A stretch of DNA of 63,910 nucleotides, filler included, from Licmophora abbreviata (Eukaryota): assembly GCA_900291995.1 (NCBI GenBank). It is 10 parts of 10 records of this genome, joined end to end, with 100 filler letters (N's around TTAATTAATTAA, not from the genome) between each part and the next. Parts side by side here need not be neighbours in the genome. Positions count along the whole stretch, not along the records: positions 48,320 to 62,510 come from OLMU01004001.1; positions 62,611 to 63,910 come from OLMU01004004.1; 8 more parts are not named here. One strand, written 5' to 3'. A program made the translations under genes and the position numbers. Under the pieces are notes generated by a model. The model worked only from the letters and a program-made list of their open reading frames with translations. It did not search any database and had not been told where the DNA came from. Shown here piece after piece: positions 55,649 to 63,910 of this stretch (its first letter is position 1; each line of letters begins with the position of its first letter).

Positions 55649-56965
55649 TCACGCTGCTGCGGCCTTCCGCTCATCGTAGAGTGGAAGCGGTTCTCTCGAG
55701 TTCCCCAAGCGCCGCAAGTAGACAAAGGCATCCGTGCCGTACCCTTCCATGCTCATGAGATCAATGTCACCGCCAAAGTATCTAGCATACGATCGAGATA
55801 TCGGAAGACCGTAACCTAGGCCAGCAATGGGTGACTCGGCACTGTGGTCGGCAATGAAACCCTCTTGCACTGAAGGATCGGCAGTGGTATAGAGATAACT
55901 CCAAATCTTGTCCATTTGACTTCTAGGAATACCACCACCCTCGTCCGTCACTTTGATAACCACATCCTCGTTTTCCGTTCCATCCGCGATAATGACCGTC
56001 ACGGGAGGATAATCGTCTGCGTCAACACCATGATTCTCCACCGTCGCTCGCATAGCATTCTTCAACAGTTCCAATAGAATGTAATGTAAATGCGTCGGCA
56101 TGTATGGAAATGTTAGGTCAATTCGTCCATTGATTACCAAGTCAGGTGCAATGCCATACTTGCGTTCGCACATCATGGTGGCATCGAGTCCGGCTGCCTG
56201 GACAATTTCGTGCGGAGAAGTCGCCTGGCAAATCATCCCGACATAGTCGGGCAGTGGCTCTCCTCGCAATGCGAGATACTGTCCAGCAAGAACTCGCATG
56301 CCAACCCTTGACATATAGAATCGATCCAGGAATGCATGACAACCATCCAGTTCAGAAAAGTCTAGTAGCTTCTTCTTGCTATTGGGCAGCTGAATGTCGC
56401 CAGACTTGACGGCGTCGCGTAGTTCGAACGCACCCCGAGCCATCTGAATCAAGACAGAAGAGTGTTTCAAGTACAACTGCTCGAGACTCTCCGCAAAGAG
56501 CTCTTCATCGCCCGGAGTCTGGATGGCAGGCTGCTTGAGGAGCTCTAGAAAACTCTGAATGTAGATACCCTTGACAGTCTGCACAGAAGGCATATCACGC
56601 ATGTACGGGACTTGATCGAGATCTTGTATTCGGTGAGCCAAGCGAATTGGCATTTCTTTCCGGATAAAGCTGGCGACCTGCATCAGGATCCTTTCAGTGG
56701 CCACTTGATGCTCGAGTTCTATAGCTTCATCCTTGTACGTCTTTCCAAGCAATTCACCTCGCCCCGTCTTCATTAGAGTCTGCAGAGAGGCGGAAGTCTG
56801 CTTCTTCTTTGTATATTCTTGTACCAACGCAGCGATATCCTCCGGTATCGTCGAATATGGACGATTTCGAACTGCCGTCATCAGAGAACTAGCATGGCTT
56901 CGAATTGGGGTTGTTTGAAACGTATGTCGAGCCATCAGTCGACTCGATCTCATCCAGGATGCCAT
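55649..56965 (-). CDS. PDK: Mitochondrial pyruvate dehydrogenase kinase (PDK/BCKDK family)
   Basis: Arg/Ser-rich presequence, EMPIRLAHR, FLDRFYMSRVGMR, ELLKNAMRAT, DEGGGIP, AGLGYGLPISR. Confidence 0.9.
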   Translation of the reverse strand: MASWMRSSRLMARHTFQTTPIRSHASSLMTAVRNRPYSTIPEDIAALVQEYTKKKQTSASLQTLMKTGRGELLGKTYKDEAIELEHQVATERILMQVASFIRKEMPIRLAHRIQDLDQVPYMRDMPSVQTVKGIYIQSFLELLKQPAIQTPGDEELFAESLEQLYLKHSSVLIQMARGAFELRDAVKSGDIQLPNSKKKLLDFSELDGCHAFLDRFYMSRVGMRVLAGQYLALRGEPLPDYVGMICQATSPHEIVQAAGLDATMMCERKYGIAPDLVINGRIDLTFPYMPTHLHYILLELLKNAMRATVENHGVDADDYPPVTVIIADGTENEDVVIKVTDEGGGIPRSQMDKIWSYLYTTADPSVQEGFIADHSAESPIAGLGYGLPISRSYARYFGGDIDLMSMEGYGTDAFVYLRRLGNSREPLPLYDERKAAAA

Positions 56966-57496
56966 TCTGGATCTCAGGAGTTTCTATGGATCAGTTCTGT
57001 AAGGTGGAGGGAGCCGGGCAGCTGCAGTTTAGAAGCAGCAACGAGGGTACCGTCAAAGAGTGTCGAGACTGTGATGTGTGATGTCAAATGCCAAACATGA
57101 CGCCGGCCACATCGCGTCGTTGAACAGACCGTGCAGGGGGACATCAGTCTTGCAAAGGATGGGCACTGCGGTGTGCAATTCCAATTCGCCTTCCAAGCGG
57201 TCTCACCGACGATTGACGATTGAATAGCCCGGTCATCGTCATGCACAACCGAGTCATTAGAGTCATCGAGTACATATGCTTCAATGACTTTGCAATCACG
57301 GATCAGCCAGTGGATTATGTAGAAACATAGCTACAATGCCCAATGACTCAGTCTTGGACGAAAATGTCTTGGGCCGACCAAATTGAGCTCACAATTCTTT
57401 CAGCCTTTTCCTTTTCCGTGTCATTTCAAATTGACACGATCTCGTTTGCATCCCCCCTCATTGTTGTCTAAGTTCATCCCACAGCACATTGAAATC

Positions 57497-58216
57497 ATGG
57501 TTGCCATAAAGCAAAACCCCCTTCGTCTGAAGAAGCAAGACAGTTGCTCTTCCCTTTCTTCCGCCGAGATCGAGACGAACGCCGGGCCTCTTGAGAAACA
57601 AACGCCCATCCAAGAAGAACGTCCTCGCAGGTCCGTGCGATTTGCTCCAGAGATCGATATCTTTGACGTAGAGCACGTCAACGACTTATCTCAACACGAA
57701 GTCTCGCGCATGTGGTACTCTCGCGAGGAGTTCGGTCAAATTCGTGCCGAGTACCAGACCACAGTCCGTATCATGTCCACCGCACGGGACCTCTCTGACA
57801 GCGACGAACACTGTCCGAGGGGATTGGAATATCGAACCCGCACTGGTTCTCGTGCACGTCAGCTCAATAAAATGACAGCTGTCTCTGCTGTATTGGACGA
57901 ACAAGATCAGCAATACAAGGAGGGCAAGCATAACGACGAACTTTTGTCGCGTGTCTACCAACATGTCAACCGTTCCTGTCGCGAGGCAGCTTTGGAACTG
58001 GGCATGAATGACGCACAAGCAGCACATGGAAGTGATTTCTACTACAACACGTTTGGTATGATTGGTAAGGCGCAAAGAAAACGTGGCGGCGACAAGAAGA
58101 AGACATCGCGCGTCCAGCGTCTATTCAAACAAGCCAGCCTTCGACGACTACAAGTCTTGGACGACATCAATACCATCATGCGACGGGGCAGCGCCACTGC
58201 AGTCACAACCGTTTAA
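57497..58216 (+). CDS. Uncharacterised protein of the diatom-type 'SVRF..WYS..RGLE..AVLDEQ' family
   Basis: Clean ORF with motifs RSVRF, MWYSREEF, CPRGLE and AVLDEQDQQ (family recalled, not searched). Confidence 0.75.
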   Translation: MVAIKQNPLRLKKQDSCSSLSSAEIETNAGPLEKQTPIQEERPRRSVRFAPEIDIFDVEHVNDLSQHEVSRMWYSREEFGQIRAEYQTTVRIMSTARDLSDSDEHCPRGLEYRTRTGSRARQLNKMTAVSAVLDEQDQQYKEGKHNDELLSRVYQHVNRSCREAALELGMNDAQAAHGSDFYYNTFGMIGKAQRKRGGDKKKTSRVQRLFKQASLRRLQVLDDINTIMRRGSATAVTTV

Positions 58217-58811
58217 TGGAATACTGAACGTCGCTTATGCAATGTTAATAAGACATAAAACTTGAAAAAAACTCTACTACGCTAGCCAACAGACGCCCCG
58301 ACTAATATCAGCGCCAACCTCCTAAGCTCGAGTCGCGTCTTAGCTCTAATAGCTATAGTCTTCGTCTGCTGACAAATCAAGACCACAATGCCTCGGCGAA
58401 TGACAGAATGACCTTTGACTGGACCTTTCTTATGCCCGGGCGTCTCTTTCTGAAAAAAAACTCTGCAATTGTGGGCATAGATGGACAAACATCTATAGTG
58501 CCTGTGACACAGTACGAGTTGGGATGCAAAGACGCCTTCGTCTGGCCTGTGCTCGAGCAGCAGGGTCGTGACGCCGTGCCCATACGAACAGTACCAGGCT
58601 CGTACAGGTTGATTGGCGCTGAACATTGTTTCGTGCCAGCCCAGGGTCCTGTCAAAGGTTTTGAATAGTATTCGGCTCCAGCCGAGGACTCGATGCAGTG
58701 ACATTGCTATCGCTTCTATTCCTGACTGGTTGGGTGTTTCTCACACTTGACAAATAGGCTCGCTCCAGGCAGCTCTACGCGTTATGAACTCTGCGACCAG
58801 TATCAGTTTCA

Positions 58812-59294
58812 TTATTTAAGTACCGATGGTTTAATATCAAAGATTCCCATGTCCGTGTCTGGACGGAAGCCTTTTCCGAGGTCATACCCATGCTGTCTAG
58901 CCTCGTGGTCGTTGGGTTTGGGTGACTTGCTACGAAAGTAAAAGAGCTGGCGAATTTCACGGATCTCTTGCTTCTCTTTGCTTGGCTTTTCAGAACCGCA
59001 GCAGCTTCCGCCATCGGGTGCCGCATCTTTCTGCAGACGAGACTGCAAAATGACGTAAGCTTCCTTGGTCTGCAAATGATAATAACCAAAGCCATACGTG
59101 CCAGGGCCCCAGACGTAGTGTTGTTTGAGTTCTCCTTGTTTGGGACTAGCGATGAACGCCGGCGCTCCTTCCGGACTCGTCTCGTTGGGTTTCAGCCACA
59201 CTGAACCTTCCATTGGATACGTTCCATGAGGAGAATTGCTGAGCTCAGGAACAAAACGAGCCATGCTCGCGTTGAGCTCACTGGCAGTGGCCAT
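58812..59294 (-). CDS. Uncharacterised small soluble protein
   Basis: ACCATGG start context, AT-rich TATA-like TTTATAAA about 95 nt upstream, globular-looking core YVWGPGTYGFGYYHLQTKEAY. Confidence 0.55.
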   Translation of the reverse strand: MATASELNASMARFVPELSNSPHGTYPMEGSVWLKPNETSPEGAPAFIASPKQGELKQHYVWGPGTYGFGYYHLQTKEAYVILQSRLQKDAAPDGGSCCGSEKPSKEKQEIREIRQLFYFRSKSPKPNDHEARQHGYDLGKGFRPDTDMGIFDIKPSVLK

Positions 59295-59734
59295 GGTGGG
59301 AGGGATGAATGCAAGACGAGTTACAAACGACTTTGGAACTCCAACAAGACAGCGCGAGCGTATCGACACTCTTCAACGGCGAGCTTTGTTTATAAAAGGT
59401 TCAACACGCAGCACGCTTTCAGTTTGATTGTAATATTCTTTGCTTCCGGCATCAAAGTGATGACGAAACAGAAAACAGCAGAAGAGTTGCAGATTGTCGT
59501 CGGCAGCAAGTTTGATACGACTAGTGCAGTATATACGCTTCGTATGTAGAAAGACGTCTAGAAAGTGTACCAAGTATCTGCCATGATCTGCGAGGTCGAA
59601 CATTTCGAGTGAGTCGTGTCGTGGTCTGGATCGCTGATGCTTCACAGAAGCGCGAAGAGAGTAGATCTACCTGCTAGTATCATCCGCATGAACTCTACGG
59701 CTAAAGAGAACTATAACCTGCCCAGATTTTACAT

Positions 59735-60955
59735 TTACAAGTGGCACTCGTATCGATGACTCGCATTGTGCAGATTAAAATTGACCTTCGTCACGAGCTT
59801 CGCCAAGGTGGACATGCGTCCTGCCGGTCCATTGTAAGAGCTTGGCACGACATTCATCACGAGACCTTGTACTACAGAGGAAGATGACAGCAAGAATAGG
59901 TCCAACCACGTACAGTACTCTCCTGTAACATGAAGATACGACGAGGGTACACAGTCGGTGGTGTACAAGCCTTGTGCACGCGCCAGCTGTTTGACTTGTT
60001 CGTGGTCGGACGCCAAAAAGTACATGATAGTACTATTCTTGTTGTTGTTGTTGGCAGACGTATCCTCGCGCGGATACAAGCCCTCGGCAAGGCGTCGTGC
60101 ACACTCGAGCATGCGTTCGAAATCCGCCTGCAGACCATGCGTTCGCACGTCGGCGTGAAGTTGCGTCTTGTTGGCAAAGGCAACGGCGTCGCCCGTTCGA
60201 AAATGAATACCAATAATCTTGTTGTTGGCATTTCGACTGTGTAGTTTCAATTGCTTTTCGTGAAACAGGAGTTCTCGTTGCAAGGATGCAGTCGGTTGAA
60301 AGAGTATATGAAACCAACAGGGATCAAACACCGTGGATGAGAAACTTCTATCAGTATCAGTCGCAAAGAAATGAGCAAAACTTGGTTCAAGACCCCAGTC
60401 TTGTGCTCGAGTCGTTCGATGGGATACATCGTAGGATCGATAGTGCAAGACGTCCGCCAACCACGCCGGAGTATTCTTGACATCTTTGTACACGGTACTG
60501 GGTGGCAGTTCCACCACGTTTGTCAAGGGGTAGTCCAATTGTATCGAAACATTGTGCTGCAAGGCATAGTGTACCTTGGGGAGCAGATTGAGCGTGCGAT
60601 CGCCTACACCAGCACAAGCATCGCAGTGTCCCCAGAGGGATTGACACCACGTTCGGTGACAGCAAAAGACGACGGGATGATGCTGTGGAGAAGTAGATTG
60701 AATGAAATCAAATTGGTTTGCTTGATCTCGACACTGAAAGGGTATCCGCGACCAACGAAGATTCGTCTCGCGGGACACGACGAGCGGCGAGTGGTCGAGT
60801 GTTGATGCATCCTGACGGTGATGAAGGGCGGAGTGAAGGACAAGATTCAAGCTGACGTAGATACCAACGAGAAGCAGTATCAGAAACTTCCACAGAGACC
60901 GTCTGGATCGACGATCAACGATTGTGGTCATACTGAGAGTTCTTCCTTTACTCAA
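59735..60955 (-). CDS. Type II membrane putative fucosyltransferase (GT-B, GT11/GT23-like motifs)
   Basis: Basic N-terminus and TM anchor, GVGDR, IIGIHFRTGD (motif I), YFLASD (motif II), DLFLLS..ST (motif III-like). Confidence 0.65.
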   Translation of the reverse strand: MSKGRTLSMTTIVDRRSRRSLWKFLILLLVGIYVSLNLVLHSALHHRQDASTLDHSPLVVSRETNLRWSRIPFQCRDQANQFDFIQSTSPQHHPVVFCCHRTWCQSLWGHCDACAGVGDRTLNLLPKVHYALQHNVSIQLDYPLTNVVELPPSTVYKDVKNTPAWLADVLHYRSYDVSHRTTRAQDWGLEPSFAHFFATDTDRSFSSTVFDPCWFHILFQPTASLQRELLFHEKQLKLHSRNANNKIIGIHFRTGDAVAFANKTQLHADVRTHGLQADFERMLECARRLAEGLYPREDTSANNNNKNSTIMYFLASDHEQVKQLARAQGLYTTDCVPSSYLHVTGEYCTWLDLFLLSSSSVVQGLVMNVVPSSYNGPAGRMSTLAKLVTKVNFNLHNASHRYECHL

Positions 60956-61234
60956 TCATCCCATTGCGGACGCTGCAACAGCACCACGCGGCGTCGTCAT
61001 GGTCGGCGGCGCATGTTCGATGCTGTAAGCTCTGCTACAGTTCGCTGTACGGTGGTTCAATCCTTAGCGCGATCACGCGCGCTTGTTTGGAATTGTGTTC
61101 TGTTTCAATTTCGCGCCGTTTTCCGACACTTTTTAACAATTGGAGACGCAACATTGGCCATGATGATGTCGTGATGAGAGTACATGAACACTATCCATGT
61201 CAGCGGAAGTCTGGCGCTACTGCGCTGCTGTAGG

Positions 61235-62491
61235 ATGAGGATAGTCCGTCGATATTACGTCCTACTAGCGGCGGTACTCTTGCTGTCCGTCTATCTCGCC
61301 GTTCGACTGCCTTCCATCCAGACAAGCACCTCTGTCATTCTTTTTGTCCCTCGTGATGGCAACGCGGATGATGAAGACGGCCGTCCACAAATCACAATCA
61401 GAAAACCAACGCTCACTCATGCTGGTGTCTCTGATCAATTTCCATATGTCGACGACCTAGACAACACAACGGCATGGCCAAATCGATACTGCAATTTGAA
61501 CCAGACCGAGTGGACGTCTTCTTCTTGGAAACGTCGAGCTCCATACTTCATGCTCATGGGAGCAAAAAAGAGTGGCACTACTTCCCTCACGAGATATTTG
61601 GAACGACATTCTCTCGTGTTACCGGCACGCACCAAGGAACTCTTGTTTTTCTTGAGACGCAATTTGGACAATCGTCGCACGGAATTCGTAGATGCAGATG
61701 GACGTGTCAAGGTACAGGAAGTCCGAAGAGCTCTGTATTACGAAGATCGAGGCGGAAGTCTGACGCGGCCGCCCAAGTTCGACTACAACTTTACACTCTT
61801 GCAAGAGCATCCCAAGTGGATTTCCTTTGATGCGTCACCGGGTGTACACTTGTACAGTGGCATTCATTTGCGACATGTACTGTGCACGTGTCCGTGGATC
61901 AAGATATTGCTGATCGTTCGTGAACCCGTCCATCGACTCTGGTCGCATTACAACTTTCTCCGCACCTACAAATGGGCGGAAGGCAGCGAAATGATGAGTT
62001 CGTTTGAGGCATTTGTAGATCACGACATGCGCAAGTTGGAAGCAGCCGGTGTATTGCAGTTTCCAAAGAATAGTTCGTTTGCTGACTCGCAGGAAGAGTA
62101 TGAAGCGTGGTTGCGGCATGTCCAAGACCCGGCTACCGGAGACGCTCCTGTAACGCGGGGATTGTATGCCGTGCCTATCGGGCACTGGTTTCGCGTGTTC
62201 CGAGCTATGGGAAGAGACCCGACAAAGGATATTTTGGTAGTGCGATATGATGATGTGCACAAGAAAACTATTTCTACTGTGAATCGAATCTATCGATGGT
62301 TGGGACTTCCTGATGAGATGATTAATCCGGCTTTAAAGGCGGTCATGGTGTCGAACTATGAAGGTCGCTCCCTGAAGCCAGAAACAGAGAGAAAGTTGCA
62401 AGAGTTCTACAAGCCCTATGTGACGAGGCTGTACGAGATTCTTGGAGATGACTGGGGTCGATGGGAGCAGAGTTATCTAGACGACGCATAA
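61235..62491 (+). CDS. Golgi-type sulfotransferase (heparan sulfate 3-O/N-sulfotransferase-like fold)
   Basis: N-terminal TM anchor, GAKKSGTTSL (5'-PSB), KELLFF, DASP, REPVHRLWSHY (3'-PB), RGLYA, LQEFYKPY. Confidence 0.85.
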   Translation: MRIVRRYYVLLAAVLLLSVYLAVRLPSIQTSTSVILFVPRDGNADDEDGRPQITIRKPTLTHAGVSDQFPYVDDLDNTTAWPNRYCNLNQTEWTSSSWKRRAPYFMLMGAKKSGTTSLTRYLERHSLVLPARTKELLFFLRRNLDNRRTEFVDADGRVKVQEVRRALYYEDRGGSLTRPPKFDYNFTLLQEHPKWISFDASPGVHLYSGIHLRHVLCTCPWIKILLIVREPVHRLWSHYNFLRTYKWAEGSEMMSSFEAFVDHDMRKLEAAGVLQFPKNSSFADSQEEYEAWLRHVQDPATGDAPVTRGLYAVPIGHWFRVFRAMGRDPTKDILVVRYDDVHKKTISTVNRIYRWLGLPDEMINPALKAVMVSNYEGRSLKPETERKLQEFYKPYVTRLYEILGDDWGRWEQSYLDDA

Positions 62492-62646
62492 GAACTAATT
62501 TGAGTGGGAGNNNNNNNNNNNNNNNNNNNNNNNNNNNNNNNNNNNNNNNNNNNNTTAATTAATTAANNNNNNNNNNNNNNNNNNNNNNNNNNNNNNNNNN
62601 NNNNNNNNNNCATGGAAGCATGCGCGAAGATTCTTCTGCAGCATCC

Positions 62647-63910
62647 ATGTTTCTACCATCGCCGATTCAGCCGTATCGGCGTCGCACCACTGGCATGCCA
62701 GAAACTTCCTTTCTCCACTCTCCGTCCACACCGACAACAGACCATACCATGGGACGTCAAGAAGCCGATGATGCCTCCTCATCTTTTCACTTGTTCAATC
62801 ATTCCTTTGACGATGGCATGAATGAAGAAGCAGGTGATGGAGACTGGCAACATCCGCCACAACTTTATTATCACCCTACTTTGGAACACACCGCTCCACC
62901 CTCTTGGCGTACTCCTACCAAAGGCAATCCCAACAGTGACATTTCGCTTCCGGCTTTGGACTATGCTGACTTGTCTCCCATTAAGCTTGAAGACGCGGAA
63001 CTGGAACAGCGACGCGGACACCGTCGTTCCCCAGCTCTCTTGTCGGAACCATTGCCTTTAGTGCCACTCCGTCTCCATCACTGCCGCCGCCGGAGCTCAA
63101 CAACAATAATTCAATCCAGTTTTACTCGTCTGGTGGTGTGTCGAATCCATTGTTTGTTTTGCGATCGTCTCGACGCGCGTTTGCAAACTGCACCTTCCTC
63201 TTGTCATGCCTTCGGCATCCGGAGCATCCATGTGCGGTCAACATGAATGAACAACCCTATGGATCCGTGGATCACTATCAAGGACGATCCAATCAAGCCT
63301 ATCATGTGAGTTTAATAGGAGTACATGAGACTTTTGAATGCAGGTGTGCGTGCCGATTTCTTGTTTCTAAGATGTCTTTTGCTCACTCTCTGTCTTGATT
63401 ACGTCGTATAGAACATCATGTCGGACCCAATCGTTGTCGCCATGGCCGTTCGCCGGGTCGAGGCGTCCATTTGTGCCTTTGGTGGTACCGTCACGAAGCC
63501 GACGGCGTCCATTTTTCGCAAAAACGAGACTCTGTATGAGCAGGTCCTTCACAAACGCTTTTTTGTAAGCGCCACCCATGTCTCTTGGGCGCTGGAAGAG
63601 AATCCGCCGGTGCAACTTTCGACTGCGGCGACTCCCCGTCTAATTGATTCGCATACGAGCGGTACGAGTGATAAGAGCAGAGGAGGAGCTTCGCAGGATG
63701 CATTGAAGTCACCCCCTTCCTTCTCGCATCTGCAAGTGGCTCCACGCTCCGACGAGACAGGAAGAAGCACCCCGAGTCCGACCCCTTCCGAGCTTGCCAT
63801 GACCAGCTTGGAACCTCCCAAGATGAAGTATCGCTGCAAGCTCTGCGGTCAGCCAAAGCAGAACCACAATTGCCCCTATCGACGTTCCATCCAGCGTAGC
63901 ATTGGAGTCT
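62647..63910 (+). CDS. Uncharacterised Pro/Ser-rich protein with CxxC-x4-H-x-C-like motif; frameshift ~63010-63050; intron 63306-63411; 3' end beyond window; start uncertain
   Basis: Phase-0 GTGAGT..TAG intron joins to an open frame ending KYRCKLCGQPKQNHNCPYRRSIQRSIGV. Confidence 0.55.

Noticed and set aside
10407..62610. Nine identical TTAATTAATTAA palindromes flanked by Ns, resembling a dispersed repeat or piggyBac TTAA sites
   Set aside because: Each is centred in an exactly 100-nt N block, so it is an artificial scaffold linker with stops in all frames.
6700..63050. Recurrent frameshifts as programmed ribosomal frameshifting or RNA editing
   Set aside because: They fall in unrelated genes, several lie in short homopolymers, and they share no slippery motif. 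Sequencing error is the simplest explanation.
1..63910. Transposons, tRNA, rRNA and CRISPR arrays
   Set aside because: No transposase, RT or integrase motifs, LTR/TIR pairs, cloverleafs or regular repeat-spacer units were seen by eye. A tRNAscan/Infernal/RepeatModeler run would be needed to exclude small elements.

Overview
Gene-dense eukaryotic DNA of about 50% GC with short GT-AG introns, bipartite plastid presequences and several lineage-typical protein families. It is most consistent with a diatom (stramenopile) draft scaffold. Nine 100-nt artificial gap linkers (N44-TTAATTAATTAA-N44) break the window, and about seven small frameshifting indels, several in homopolymers, suggest imperfect consensus accuracy. 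About 37 protein-coding genes or gene fragments are supported. Housekeeping genes include NUP107, SHQ1, PIG-W/GWT1, PDK, PRS, plastid RF3, HSBP1, APH-1, a G3BP-like gene and DUF1517/FLAP1. Metabolic genes include aspartate kinase, homoserine kinase, agmatine deiminase and a class II glutamine amidotransferase. The most notable items are: (1) a six-copy tandem array (11.1-17.1 kb) of an uncharacterised 4-TM protein, in which one copy looks bacterial-like and the copies carry acidic dileucine-type tails; (2) a signal-peptide SET + aminopropyltransferase + two degenerate AdoMetDC-like domain fusion, a candidate long-chain polyamine enzyme, near agmatine deiminase and a UNC-93 transporter pair; (3) a head-to-head Golgi fucosyltransferase-like / sulfotransferase pair, a candidate sulfated-fucan module. 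No rRNA, tRNA, CRISPR array or transposon was recognised. All family calls come from motif recognition by eye, not from database searches.
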